Source: Macrostomum lignano
Lineage: Eukaryota
DNA: 64,000 nucleotides
Direction: 5' to 3'
NCBI GenBank assembly: GCA_002269645.1
Contig: NIVC01000056.1
Coordinates: forward strand, 434,001 to 498,000
A program made the translations under genes and the position numbers. Numbering within the stretch: the first letter of the stretch is position 1; every line of letters begins with the position of its first letter. The notes beneath the pieces are model-generated. The model had not been told where the DNA came from. It ran no database searches and saw nothing but the letters and a program-made list of their open reading frames with translations. Of the stretch, positions 17,822 through 32,134 are shown piece after piece.

Positions 17822-18754
17822 GTAAGTGAGGATGAGCAATATGTGCAAGTGGGCGATTTCAGGTGTGTATAGGAGGTGAGAGACAGATATGGGTCGCATC
17901 TCTGATAACAGAGATGCGACTGTATTTTGGATCCAAATTTGGATTTAGCAGTGTCGATTTCGGATACTACAATTCAAGTAAGAGATGGACTGTGGTAGAG
18001 ACCCAATTAAGAGACATGTTATTCTGCGATTGCAAGCTTCTTGGGCTTCTAAACTTATCAAAGTAAGTTCAGCTGCCTTTATTTTTATAAAATAGCTTAG
18101 GTATTCTTCTTTGCTACTGAACTGAAAGTAGAAAGCTGTTTTGCTAAGTATATATAGCAATCTGCTAAAAATCAAGCCTTTCGACCATAGACGTCGTTCA
18201 GAAACCTCTCGTCCGACTGCTAAGCTCGTGAAGCCAAAAGTTCACTAGCAGCTACCAGTATACCAAATAGCAGTTAGCAGTGCTTCATGAAATTGGTCCC
18301 AGTCTACGTCCAGAGGCCACTGACTGAACTTTGACGTTGTCAGCGACGGAGTGGGTTTATAAATTTTTTTTCTTTACCAGTTTTTGGCTCACTGTCCTCT
18401 ACAGCAAGAATAAGGAGTGACACTTGTTCGCAAACCGCATTGTTTTTAAAGGACCAACTATTTGGCGACAGCACCAAGTGGCAGACGCATCGACCAGCAC
18501 TTTGGACAATAACTCGGACGGATTCGAGGCAGGTGGTGACGCCCACGACACAGCTGACCACTAATGCGACTAACACGAGATAATCAGACAATAATTGTGC
18601 AATACGACAGCCCACTTGACTTGCAGTTGCTAAGAGCTGCGAGTGTTCGTTACTCACAAAATAAACACACGACTTAAGACTTCAGTGTATTCCAGATCTG
18701 ATCAATTAAGCAAGTCATTCATTCGTGCTTCATCCTTGGCTTGGGCAATGAGGC

Positions 18755-19740
18755 TGGAGATGGGGAATCGAATGAAGAGTATGAATGGGCAATCAAAAGG
18801 CAAGGAGTCTGGATGGGAAATCGAATGACGAGTCTGGATGGAGAATCGAATGACGAGTCTGGATGGGGAATCGAATGAAGAGTATGAATGGGCAATCAAA
18901 AGGCAAGGAGTCTGGATGGGAAATCGAATGACGAGTCTGGATGGAGAATCGAATGACAAGTCTGGATGGGGAATCGAATGACGAGTCTGGATGGGGAATC
19001 GAAGGGCGAGTCTGGATGGGGAATCGAATGACGAGTCTGGATGGGGAATCGAATGGCGAGGAGTCTTGGTGGGTAATCGAATGAAGGAGAGTCTGGATGG
19101 GGAATTGAATGGCGAGGAGTCTTGGTTGGTAATCGAATGAAGAGGAGTCTGGATGGGGAATCGAATGGCGAGGAGTCTGGATGGGGAATCGAAGGGCGAG
19201 GAGTCTGGATGGGGAATCGAATGACGAGTCTGGATGGAGAATCGAATGACGAGTCTGGATGGGAAATCGAATGACGAGTCTGGATGGAGAATCGAATGAC
19301 GAGTCTGGATGGGGAATCGAATGACGAGTCTGGATGGAGAATCGAATGACGAGTCTGGATGGGGAATCGAATGACGAGTCTGGATGGGGAATCGAATGAC
19401 GAGTCTGGATGGGGAATCGAAGGGCGAGTCTGGATGGGGAATCGAATGACGAGTCTGGATGGGGAATCGAAGGGCGAGTCTGGATGGGGAATCGAATGAC
19501 GAGTCTGGATGGGGAATCGAAGGGCGAGTCTGGATGGGGAATCGAATGACGAGGAGTCTTGGTGGGTAATCGAATGAAGGAGAGTCTGGATGGGGAATTG
19601 AATGGCGAGGAGTCTTGGTTGGTAATCGAATGAAGAGGAGTCTGGATGGGGAATCGAATGGCGAGGAGTCTGGATGGGGAATGGAATGAAGAGTCTGGAT
19701 GGGGAATCGAAGGGCGAAGAGTCTGGATGGGGATTCGAAG
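18755..19740. repeat. ~25-bp minisatellite (GAGTCTGGATGGGGAATCGAATGAC)
   Basis: Tandem units. Confidence 0.95.
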
Positions 19741-20538
19741 GGCGATTCTTCAAAGGGAAAAACGAAATAAAGAATAAACGAAGCAAGCGCCATTTAATTT
19801 CAGTTTAACGGCACACTGGAAACAGCAGCAGCAGTTAAACTTGGTGTACAACTGAAGCAGGAACAATAGCCTCATTAATATTGTATTTCTGTTGTAAAAC
19901 CAAGGTTTAATAATGGAAGAGTGCTCATGAGTGTATAGGTAGTGACAGAAGTAATGTGAAAATTTAGTGAGCTAAATAGTGAACAATCAAACACACAGAA
20001 CAGGCACTGCCTCTGGACGCATTGGCACTGCAAAATCAGCTTTGAAAAATATCCAGTAAAACAAGTTGCGCGAATTCGAATGACCCAAACAAGCTCATTA
20101 ACAGCTTACTACTCTCGAGAGTAGCCAAAATAGCATTTAAATAGTCTTTGTGCGTAAACAGAAAAACTCGATTACAATTATCTAGCACCAATTGGAGCGA
20201 GTCGAGAGCAAATATAAAAAAGCAATAAATAACTTGCACAAACTTCTCCAGCATTTATTGAGTATCAGGTGAAATAAAACTTTTAAAATTTTATGCAAAA
20301 ATGCCCTACAAAATAACAGCAATAGGAGCTGCTCGGTAAGCCTAAACTGTAAAAGAAACAGATATACACAAATAGATAAAAAATGGCTTCAAAGGAGCAT
20401 TTTAATTGCTGTTTAAAATATTTCCGGTCGGAACTTGAAGAGCTAAAAACTTTCTGAGAGTTACAAGCCAAAAACATGCATTTTTAATGATTGATCTTAC
20501 CACTCAGCTCAGCATCTCAAGTCACTCGTAGTTACGTA

Positions 20539-23500
20539 TTAAACGTTAACGGGTGACGCGTCCGATTCTTCCTGCGACTTGGAGCCGCCACCGCAGTCGC
20601 AGGACCGGCAGAAGATGACAAAACCAAGCGCCACCAGGGCCAGGCCCAGCACAGAGCCGGCCGAGGCTGCCGCAATTTCGCTGCGCGTTGGCGGGAAATC
20701 TCGGTACACCACTGCGGGATGTGGGCGCACAGGGATTCGCTGGTGCTACTGGTTCTGGATTGCTAATCCCCTTGTTCTGGATTGCTAATCCCCTGGTTCT
20801 GGATTGCTAATCCCCTTGTTCTGGATTGCTAATCCCCTGGTTCTGGACTGCTAATCCCTGGTTCTGGATTGCTAATCCCTGGTTCTGGATTGCTAATCCC
20901 CTGGTTCTGGATTGCTAATCCCCTGGTTCTGGATTGCTAATCCCCTTGTTCTGGACTGCTAATCCCTGGTTCTGGATTGCTAATCCACTACTTCTGGATT
21001 GCTAATCCCCTGGTTCTGGATTGCTAATCCACTGCTTCTGGATTGCTAATCCCTGGTTCTGGATTGCTAATCCCTGGTTCTGGATTGCTAATCCCCTGGT
21101 TCTGGACTGCTAATCCCTGGTTCTGGATTGCTAATCCCCTGGTTCTGGACTGCTAATCCCTGGTTCTGGACTGCTAATCCCCTGGTTCTGGACTGCTAAT
21201 CCCCTGGTTCTGGACTGCTAATCCCTGGTTCTGGATTGCTAATCCCCTGGTTCTGGATTGCTAATCCCTGGTTCTGGATTGCTAATCCCTGGTTCTGGAC
21301 TGCTAATCCCCTGGTTCTGGATTGCTAATCCCCTGGTTCTTGACTGCCAATCCCTGTTTCTGGATTGCTAATCCCTGGTTCTGGATTGCTAATCCCTGGT
21401 TCTGGACTGCTAATCCCTGGTTCTGGATTGCTAATCCCTGGTTCTGGATTGCTAATCCCCTGGTTCTGGATTGCTAATCCCCTGGTTCTGGATTGCTAAT
21501 CCCCTTGTTCTGGATTGCTAATCCCCTGGTTCTGGACTGCTAATCCACTACTTCTGGATTGCTAATCCCCTGGTTCTGGATTGCTAATCCACTACTTCTG
21601 GATTGCTAATCCCCTGGTTCTGGATTGCTAATCCACTGCTTCTGGATTGCTAATCCCTGGTTCTGGATTGCTAATCCCTGGTTCTGGATTGCTAATCCCC
21701 TGGTTCTGGATTGCTTATCCCTGGTTCTGGACTGCTAATCCCTGGTTCTGGACTGCTAATCCCCTGGTTCTGGACTGCTAATCCCTGGTTCTGGATTGCT
21801 AATCCCCTGGTTCTGGATTGCTAATCCCTGGTTCTGGATTGCTAATCCCTGGTTCTGGACTGCTAATCCCCTGGTTCTGGATTGCTAATCCCCTGGTTCT
21901 TGACTGCCAATCCCTGTTTCTGGATTGCTAATCCCTAGTTCTGGATTGCTAATCCCTGGTTCTGGATTGCTAATCCCCTGGTTCTGGATTGCTAATCCAT
22001 TACTTCTGGATTGCTAATCCCTGGTTCTGGATTGCTAATCCCCTTGTTCTGGATTGCTAATCCATTACTTCTGGATTGCTAATCCCTGGTTCTGGATTGC
22101 TAATCCCCTGGTTCTGGATTGCTAATCCATTACTTCTGGATTGCTAATCCCCTAGTTCTGGATTGCTAATCCACTGCTTCTGGATTGCTAATCCCTGGTT
22201 CTGGATTGCTAATCCCCTGGTTCTGGATTGCTAATCCCCTGGTTCTGGATTGCTAATCCCTGGTTCTGGATTGCTAATCCCTGGTTCTGGACTGCTAATC
22301 CCCTGGTTCTGGACTGCTAATCCCCTGGTTCTGGACTGCTAATCCCTGGTTCTGGATTGCTAATCCCCTGGTTCTGGATTGCTAATCCCTGGTTCTGGAT
22401 TGCTAATCCATTACTTCTGGACTGCTAATCCCTGGTTCTGGATTGCTAATCCCTGGTTCTGGACTGCTAATCCCCTGGTTCTGTATTGCTAATCCCCTGG
22501 TTCTTGACTGCCAATCCCTGTTTCTGGATTGCTAATCCCTGGTTCTGGATTGCTAATCCCTGGTTCTGGACTGCTAATCCCCTGGTTCTGGATTGCTAAT
22601 CCCCTGGTTCTGGACTGCTAATCCCCTGGTTCTGGATTGCTAATCCCCTGGTTCTGGATTGCTAATCCCCTGGTTCTGGATTGCTAATCCCCTGGTTCTG
22701 GATTGCCGAGCCCAGCCAGAGGTTCAGCGCGCAACTCACTTGGACAGTGAACAAACAGCTCCATCAGATTGGACTCAGTCTGACAATAAAACCGAGTCCT
22801 GCCATCCAGTGCCAGCTGGGAGCAATTATCCATCCGGACGGTGACTTCGGTCCAGGTGATCCAACTAACCGAATCGTTGGCCGAGGAGGCCCGACAGCCA
22901 GCGTCGCAGTGGCCGACCCGGGTGTCCGAAACAGACTCCAACAGGAGGTCCGGCGACTGGAGAGCCTCGACGTCGAACGACAGGCCGGAAGGCGGCAGCC
23001 CAATTCGATCCAAGCGTTGGAAGCCGACGCGAACCGGCGGCCGGCGGGAGGCGGCGGAGACCGCGGCGCCGCAGCTGGTCCTGCAGGTGAGGGTCAGGCC
23101 GTCCGACCGGCCGAGGCGGAGGGGGGAGCGGCGGCTGCCGCTGCTGCTGTTAGACCGAGGACCCACCTTGGAGGGAGCACCGGTAACCTCGGCCGAGGCC
23201 GTGGAGGCAGCCACGAATGACTCAACTCGGCGGGGCGGAGCTGTGGTGGCGTCGGGGTCCAAACTCAGGATGCCAAATTGAAAACCAGGATTTTAGCTGG
23301 CTACCCCTTAATACTGCTAAGCCTCTGAACCACAGAAGCAACAAGTTACAGCAGACTCCATGTTTACAGACTAGAATTTGCACACCTAGTTAACGCTTGA
23401 TTTTTGTGTGACAGATGCCCAATACATGACAACACTTATATTTGTACCCAAACTGCATACAGAAACTGTTGCGCATTCAAGACGATTGAGAAGCGCTTGT

Positions 23501-24671
23501 AAAACGATTTTACGACGATTGTCAATCATCCCAATCGATTGTCAATCATCTCTATCGATTGTAAATCATCTCTATCGATTGTCAATCATCTCTATCGATT
23601 GTCAATCATCTCTATCGATTGTAAATCATCCCTTTCCATTGTCAATCATCCCAATCGATTGTCAATCATCTCTATCGATTGTAAATCATCCCTTTCCATT
23701 ATCAACCATCTCTATCGATTGTAAATCTTCTTTATCGATTGTCAATCATCTCTATCGATTGTAAATCATCCCTTTCCATTATCAACCATCTCTATCGATT
23801 GTAAATCTTCTTTATCGATTGTCAATCATCCCTATCAATTGCAAATCATCTCTATCGATTGTAAATCATCCCTTTCCATTATCAATCATCTCTATCGATT
23901 GTAAATCATCCCTTTCCATTATCAATCATCTCTATCGATTGTAAATCTTCTTTATCGATTGTCAATCATCTCTATTAACTTTAAATCATCCCTATTCATT
24001 GTCAATCATCTCTATTAATTGTAAATCGTCCCTATCCATTGTCAATCATCTCTATTAACTTTAAATCATCCCTATCCATTGTCAATCATCCCTATCGATT
24101 GTTAATCACTCAAAAGCTTGAAAAACAATTGAAATAAAGGCTACGTTTTTGTCGAATCTGTGAAATGGCACTTGGCACGACTTGAAATTTTTTTATAAAT
24201 GAGTAAATTTTCAGAAGCAAACTCACCAGTAGCATTGAGTAATACATTGAAGGCAGCATTGACAGAGTGGCAGGAATATTCGGCCAGGTCAGACCAAGTC
24301 ACATGATTGATTCGCATAATAAACACAGTGGAGTTCTTTGGAGCATCATTCATAACAAAGGTATGCTTGTTTGACTTTGAATACGAGATTCCATTTTCGG
24401 CTAATATAGTGTTACCTTTGCTCCACATCACAGCAAATATGCGTGTTGTAGTGCTATTGTCTATCATAGTGACCCGGCACTCAATTTCAACAAATGGATC
24501 ATTTAAACAGACAGAATCAGTTAATATTTTAGCTGATAGAGTGAAGTTTCCCAGGCGATCTAAAGCAGAGGATCCCAAAGTGATTGGGGGCAGCAGGAGG
24601 ATATATGCTGCCAGTAGAAAGCAGCAATTCATAAGAAACATTGGCTGGAATGAAAAAAACATTAAATACAT
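20539..24671 (-). CDS. Ig-domain type I membrane protein, spliced (exons ~24650-24227, ~23260-22741, 20711-20539)
   Basis: Signal-like N-terminus; Ig signature C...W...DLAEYSC; donor GTGAGT after 22741 joins the CAG acceptor at ~20711 in phase to give a TM helix (AGSVLGLALVALGFVIFC). The junction between the first two exons is unresolved. Confidence 0.6.
20748..22706. repeat. 20/21-bp minisatellite, ~2 kb, intronic
   Basis: CTGGTTCTGGATTGCTAATCC(C) units. Confidence 0.97.
23515..24105. repeat. 20-bp minisatellite (GTCAATCATCTCTATCGATT)
   Basis: Tandem units. Confidence 0.95.
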
Positions 24672-26739
24672 ATTTTTTGATCTAATTAATACACAATTAA
24701 AGTGGTGTACTTATAACCAATTGTCTTGCTTGCTTGAATTTTTATCTAGTATACACATTTTATAAACCAAAATGTTTTAAAAAGCATTTCTTTGATTTGA
24801 AAAGTTTTGTTTTTTGTTAGATAATTCATATCTTGAATTTTCAGTCAAAACTAGGCTAAGTTGCATGGCCAATGCAATTTCAAAATAGCAAATTAGCAAT
24901 ATTGCTTTAGCCTACAATAACAAAATATGCATTCAGCATCATAGGATGCACCTCAAGGCCAGGTTGCAAATGAATTCCATGCTGCTATTATAAATATAAG
25001 AATGATAGGCCTAGTGCTCACAATTGCTATACTTATAAGATAAACTATTCATAAACTATTTATAAACTATAATGACAAACTATTTTTTATTATATAGGCA
25101 TATAAGCCCCTAATTCTAAGATTTAGCCCTATTAGAAAAAGTTGCAAAATGGCAGGCAGATGTCCACAGTGCATTTTCAAAATGACCCTGTGGCACAATG
25201 CATTTTCTGAGATGGCACTTGGCTTAGCGCAGGGCAGCACAGCATAATGCAACACTTGGCAAGATACTTAGAATCTATGTCAAAAGGCCATATACAGAAT
25301 GGTTTAAATGTCAAAAGTTGGCAGTTATTTGGTGTGCTCCACTTAGCAATGCTGTATTGTTGGCATGCCATTATTGCCAGAGCAATGCAGTGTCTAAAAA
25401 GGTCTTTTGTTGTTGCAATGCCTCTTGGGCCCCAGAGCACACTTGGTGACCCCTTGATATAGCCTATATACCTTAGAAAGTGACTTGTTGGCACATTTTT
25501 GCTGGACCCTTGGTGCATCTCCATATATTTTTAGATTTTATTCTAATAGAATAGCCTATCACAATGGCAATGGCTAGAGTTCCAGCACCGGAACCCATTC
25601 TCCAATGGCTATAGATCTGGCAATGATATTCTAGTAGTGCAATTTATGGGTATAATATAGCAAAAACATTTAATTTTTAATGGGTTGTTGATATTGGGAT
25701 TTAGTTCAAGATAAGATCAAAACAAAATGATGAGATTCAAAACAAGATACTTCTAATGTTCAAAGACTTCAATAGTAGATAACTGCCTGCAGAAGACTGC
25801 CAGATCCATAGCCATCAGAAAACAGGTTCCAGTGCCGGAATTCTAGCCATTATCTATCACAATACTTTAGGAACTAGGGCCTACTTCAAATAATTTGAAC
25901 CTTAAGACCTAGGCTTAGCAACAATAAATAGATATTGCTATAAAAATTAAACTAATTAAGCTAATATCTAGAAATTGATAAATGAATAAATATAAATAAG
26001 ACAAATGATAAAATGTTCTAGGCCAAGCTAAATATATTTACTATTATTTCAAATTTCATTTCAAATATAGGCCTAAGTTGTATGATAAACTTTCAGTTTA
26101 TAGCCAGCCTAGGCCTAGCTATAACCTATAAGCCCTAGATTTAAAATTTAAGTAGGCTTTTGCCGCTTTTATCATGTAATAGGCTATTATTTAACTTAAA
26201 TAAATATTATGCCTATAGGCCTAGGCCAGGGCCTACTATATATGGTCTTTTATCTTTGGGACTTTGTTTGAATTTTAAAATATTCAATTTATTTTTTAAA
26301 ACTTTGCATAGGCCAGGGCCCAAAATTAGTGCAATATAATCAGGCACAAGGCCAAAAAAAGAGTTCAGAAGGTGGAGCCTTACTTCCTCAAGTTCATAAC
26401 CTTGACAACTTCAACAATGCGAAATTTTGAGCTTAGGCCTAATTGTGCAGGGCCTAGTTTTAAGATTTTACAAATACAAGTGAATGGTGACTGACCATGC
26501 TGGCATGACTACTAAACTTTTTGATGATATGAATTTTTGAGCTTGTGAAATGTCGATCTTTTATCGTTTTGAAGTTAGTCAGTAAATTGAATCACACTCA
26601 CAGTCATGCAGCATGCCAGTAGCCAACAGCCAATAGTCCATGGATGTTATTTAAGCTAAAGAGAATTAAAAAGAGAATTAATGACTAAAGAGAATTCACT
26701 TTGTGTTTGTGCTGGTGGGGCTTACCACTGTGTGGTGGA

Positions 26740-28175
26740 CGGACATTTCGTCAAAAACCTTTTCGCCTAAACTAAAGCATTTTCGTCAAACGGCGGAAAG
26801 TAGATCTGTGTGCGTGATTTCACAGTTCAATTGAAATACATATTTCGGATACGTGACACGTGTATATGATGATCTGCAGACTCTATTAGTAATAGTCCTA
26901 CTATATAAACTCGAGTCGTCAATTTTGAGGTCGCGAAGGGGGGCTTTGGCGGTTTGGTCCTGGTGCGCGGGTTCCGCGGAACCTTAACTCGTTCGTTTCA
27001 GCCGTTCAAATCGGTGCGGTTTCGACGATTCAAACAAACTTAAGCGAAGATCTCGGCTTGCAGATGACGGGGAGCTCCGGCTTCTGAGTTCCTCAGACTC
27101 AGGGGGAGGGTAGCTGTGGTCGTGGCTGAGCGATCTAGTTTTGCCGACGATCAGGATGCCGAATGCAGAAATTCGTAGCCGATACGGGAAACTTCAAAAT
27201 AAGCTAATTTGTCGAGAGTGTTACTAATATTAGTAGTTCGCTGCCACCACCGCGGTTATACGCGGGAAAAGCTCTTAAGCTCAAAACTAGCTCGAGTTTG
27301 CTCTAGGACTTCTCTTGAGACCGCTAAGGGTCAAATTAAAGCCTCCGCGAGGTCACGAAGGCTAAGACACCGTTTCAACACAAGATTAAATTGGCTGGCG
27401 TTTTGAAGGGCCAGAAACTGAATACATATTATTGTTGTACCAACACGAAATTCGAGCATGCAACTATAAGCAAGTTCGCTATTGTCAAATTAGTAGCAAC
27501 TTAAATTGATGGGTTGGACGAGGAGCTGGTCGGGTCGGGATGCTGGGCTTGCAGGTAGGGTCCCCTCGTATTTGGGCTGCAAAAGAGTCTGCTAAGGTCC
27601 TAATGGTCGGGGTAGGGTCTAAACGAGAGTCTAGCCGGGAGAGGAGGGGCGCAGACTCTTAAATACGCTCTAATGAGCCACCGGGGAGGAAAGGGGGGTT
27701 ACCCGGCCCGGGTGGACAGGAGAGACACACAGCGGAAAAGGGGGCGGTACACCGGGCGGTAACGACAAAACACCGGGTGGACCGCGGGAAAACAAACGGA
27801 AACCGGAGGGGTACAGGCAGTGGGAAGGAAGGTAAAATTAAGAGTAAAATTTCGATGACGTCAGCAGGATGGCGCAAATACCGAGTGAGTAATTCCGCAC
27901 AGTGACATACATCGGGTGGGGCGGACAAGTGGCGGCCTCGCCTGCCACAATTTCCTGTGTACGGCAAATGTGGTCGTTGTTTCTTAGAAACATTTTCTTA
28001 AACAACAAGTTTAACGCTTCTTAGAGAAGCGTTAAGAAAATAAACAATTTTTTCAGTTTAACTGTCAAAACAACATGCACATATCTACTTTTTGCCCTCT
28101 GACGAAATGAACAAAGACTGTTTGACGAAAAGGCTTTTGACGAAAATGTTTTCAAAGAAAAGTCCTGGAACCAAG
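26740..28175. mobile_element. Possible non-autonomous DNA transposon remnant
   Basis: TTTTCGTCAAA motifs at ~26746-26790 and inverted TTTGACGAAAA motifs at ~28121-28147. Ends not defined. Confidence 0.35.
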
Positions 28176-29559
28176 GACAACAAAAGCTACGTATATACAG
28201 GACGCGACACTCACGCTTCATGAAGAAAGTTTTGAAGACCACTTTTCGCCGAAAAATACACTACGGAGATTAAGAACTCTGTGTCAATTTTTGATCCTAC
28301 GTATATTTCCGCGTACAAAAAATCACAAAATGCATGACACAGCTCAAATCTTTAGTTTTATGAATCTATTATTTTTAACATTTCTGTTATGATGAGGACG
28401 CACTTTTTTTCCAAATCTCACGCTCGCACATGGGTTCCAAACTTGTTAGCCTACTGATAGCAGGCTTCGGACATTTTGCTTTTTTGTGTAATTTTCCTAG
28501 AATTCACACAAGTAGGATTTCTGTAGCTATATGATTTTGCCATACTTGTAGTCATTATAGCATAAGCGCGGTTTTTGCTATTTTTTGGGTCATAAATCAT
28601 AGCTCGTAGGCGTGTCTGACATTCACCTGCGCCTCACTCAGTCTTGTTGAAGCTGGCGCCAGATGGTCTGTGAGGATGCGGGCCGTTGACTTTTTTCTCA
28701 TATTATTTTTGACAGGCCATCAGATTTATGAGGTCAGGCCCCGTTGTTCGTGTTCACTCAAGCGTTTGACAGCCCTGACAACTATGCATTTTACTCCTAA
28801 AAGTAATTTGGGATTAGCGATTAGCGATTTCTCTTCACCATCTTCACCTTCTACTTAATAAGATCTTTCTAATGCATATTTTTTCATTAATTTTTGTAAT
28901 TCCTACGCGAAAGGTCATAAATCATAATGTAGCGATTTTGAGTGATTTATGACAACACTTGGCGTATTTTTATGGCCCCGAGGGAACTGATAGGATCTTT
29001 TGGTCACGTGAGTTTGGGTGGCAACAAGCTCAGCCACTCAGAAAATTCGACGTCAGTTATAACAAACGGCTCAGTCAATCAGCGTCAAGGCGTTCCATTT
29101 TAACAAAGTGCGGTCCAGTTGGCGGCTATATAAACCCAAGTTTTTGGCCCGCTCGAACTCAACCGTTCTACACCTTCGGGCTCCCATCCCGGAGTCACGA
29201 CCGTCGTCTCTTGATCCCCGGATTGCGACAACCCCCCTCATCATCAAGGACGTCCCCCGGTCAAAGCATCGAGGTTAAGAGCATCACCTGCTAGCTATCT
29301 GCAGCGATTGTGACAGCATCATCCCGGGCCTACAGCTGCGAAGCACTAAGCCGATTCGGTCACTGTGGATTTCCTGGTCTCCGGCTGTTGAGTTTCTGAT
29401 TGGTTGTGTGAGAGGCTACCTGGAATTGTTTGATTGGGTGATTCCTTACGAGTACGAGTGCCATTTTAATGGCTAATCGTGCAAGAATGTAATGCGCAAT
29501 GTTTCTATATTTAGCATAACAGCCATAGACTACAAGCATAAACAGAAACCATCGTGCAA

Positions 29560-29896
29560 GAATGAATGATTCCTGCACGGTCACGAGTGCACGATGTCCT
29601 TCACGCACGAGTGAACGTGAAGGAATCCCATTGTCGGCTGATTTTCCATGCAGGAATGGCATTCTTGCACTCTTTTGCGTGCAGAAATGGATTTCTATGG
29701 TAAAATCTCACTGAAAAAGCATTAGGCGCAGAAATGCATTCCTGCACGGTTTTGTGCATTCCTGCACGATGAATAATCCAACAATGGGATTCCTTCACGC
29801 TCACTCGTGCGTGAAGGACATCGTGAACTCGTGCGCTAGCGCGCACTCGTGCAGATGTCATTCCCGCACTCGTGACCGTGCAGGAATCATTCATTC
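29560..29896. mobile_element. MITE-like element with long imperfect terminal inverted repeats
   Basis: GAATGAATGATTCCTGCACGGTCACGAGTGC at 29560 and its exact reverse complement ending at 29896, with further inverted matches inside. No clear TSD. Confidence 0.7.
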
Positions 29897-30028
29897 TCAG
29901 CCGAGTGGCAGCAGCTAGTGCACAGAATCAAACTTGATTTAACACGCTGCCTATAACAGTCGAATTAAAAGTAATTTTTCATAGAAGCAGTCTAAATTTA
30001 CACCGAATCGTTACAGACTTGCACGGAA

Positions 30029-32134
30029 ATGTTTTTGTCTCAGCTAGCCGACAGAATATCGGTCAAGATCAGGTACCGCCAACTATCAATACTTACCATC
30101 GCTTCAATACTAAGCCTAGGCTTATTATTAGCCTTTTGGCAATGGAGCAGCCAGATTACATGCGAACAGACGACGGGAGTACCAAAGCCAAGAAGACAGA
30201 TGCCGCAATTGCCGTCTCCTGAATTCTACATCCAGAAGCTGAGAAGACAGACACCGCCTCGAGGTGACGAGTTCGATCCTCGGATAAATGAGACCGAGCT
30301 GAGAGCCGCTGTGAAACTGATGTGGGCGTTTCTGGACCTGTGCGAGAAGCACGGAATTCAGGTGATGCTGTTCGGAGGCACTCTGCTGGGCTCCTACCGG
30401 CATCACGGCTTCATTCCTTGGGATGACGACCTCGACCTGTTTCTCAATTGGGACGACAACAAGAAGCTGTTAAAGGCATTTCAAGGGTATGATATCGTGA
30501 TGAACATTTTAATTTATGAAAATGTGAGACTTTGAATTTGGGGATTAAGCTTAGCCTTCAGGCTCAATTATCACTATCACTATCAAGTATGAGATTCGAG
30601 TTTACGGCTCATGTTTTAATGAAGTCGGTGAAAGCGAAGAAAAACTCCTTTAATGGCTCCCACCATTCTGCAACGAGGAGGTTTGGTTTCTTAAGACTTC
30701 AGGTCTTGCTTTCGTTCCTTATGGCATGCTTGGTACCTGGCTTAAGCGTAAAACTTCAAATGCATAAATAACAGGGGATGCTAGATTTCACGCGACTTGA
30801 ACTTGAAGCGACTGATTTCTTGCGACTGGATTTAAAGCGACTGGATTTAGAGAGACTGGATTTGAGTTAGAGATATAGGTTTTTTTCATTTAAGAGATTA
30901 AATTTATTTACGAGCTTTTAACAGTCGCGTGAAATCCAGTCGTCGCTTGAATTCCAGGTTGTTCAAAATCCAGTCGCGCTAATGCAGTCGCGCGAAATCA
31001 AGTCGCTAGAAAGAAGTCGCTTCAATTCAAGGTCGCGCAATTTCCAGTCGTGCTAGAGAAATTGAGAAGTCTAGGCCTAGGGAATAAAGTTTTGTGACGT
31101 CAAGAGAGTTACAATAAAGTCTCGTACGCAAACAGAGTATTCGAGAAACGGCTCGACCTTTATTTGGTACGATATGAAGCCTCAGGGAAGTTGGTTGCAT
31201 TATAACTTGCATCATGTCTCTGATGTCTCTATCTTCACGTCTTCTTTGAGTCTATATCTGACGTCTCTATGACGTCTCTATCTATGTCTCTATCTCTATC
31301 TCTCTCTATCTCTATCTCTATCTCTATCTCTATCTCTATGACGTCTCTATCTTCTTGAGTCATTAGGTACGAACTTTTTCTCTACAGTAGGGTATTGAAA
31401 TATTAGAAACTTAATCGGAGATTTTCTGTTCAAATTTATCACGGTTAGCACTATAAAATTTCTAACCACACTTAAACATGAAGTGAACCTTACTTTCTAA
31501 TCCCACAAGTCACTTTGGCCATATCAAATTCTTGTAAGGAATCTTTTGGTCTCGCAGTCCTCATGTTTCGCAGTATATATTTTGATTTTCTAATCTAAAC
31601 GGTGCTAATCTAAGCGTGCGCTTCTCGCACCACTGGATCTCCCTCAGACACCAGGATTTCAATCTGAAAGACGTCGGATTGTGGAAAGTTTCGCTCAAGT
31701 CTGCTTGTCTACACGTGGACGTGAGCGGCTGCTGGCCCTTCATCGACGTGGCATTCTACGAGGTGCAGGGCAGCTGGATGGTGCAAAAGTTCGGCAACTT
31801 TTACGCGCCAACAAAGTACACGTTTCCGTTGCACAAGCGACCGTTCATGGGCCGCTGGGTGGACTCGCCCAGGGATACGGGAAAATTTATTGCCTACTCG
31901 TACTATGGATCCTGGAGAACGGATCTGTGCACAACGTCCATGTATTCGCATAAATACGAAAAAATAATACTTCCCCGAAGAGACTCCCTAAGCTGCATCG
32001 AGCTCGCAAAAACCTACCCTTTTGTCTTCCGTGTCCCGGACAGCGCACCGTGGTGTCGAGGCGTCATGGAGAGCCTGAGACTTCCAGACGGTGAACTGGT
32101 GTACACGGTGATGGTAGATGAGCCGGTGGCCTGA
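30029..32134 (+). CDS. LicD/fukutin-related nucleotidyltransferase, type II membrane, at least 2 exons
   Basis: N-terminal TM helix; [23 protein letters not shown]; second part WPFIDVAFY...FPLHKRPF. The exact acceptor is unresolved. Confidence 0.85.
30781..31079. mobile_element. MITE-like element with inverted subterminal GCGACTGGATTT repeats
   Basis: GCGACTGGATTT arrays on the left and AAATCCAGTCGC arrays on the right, inside the LicD intron. Confidence 0.55.

Noticed and set aside
26897-27280. Non-autonomous Helitron (TC start, GC hairpin near the end)
   Set aside because: No clean CTRR terminus, so the evidence is too weak.
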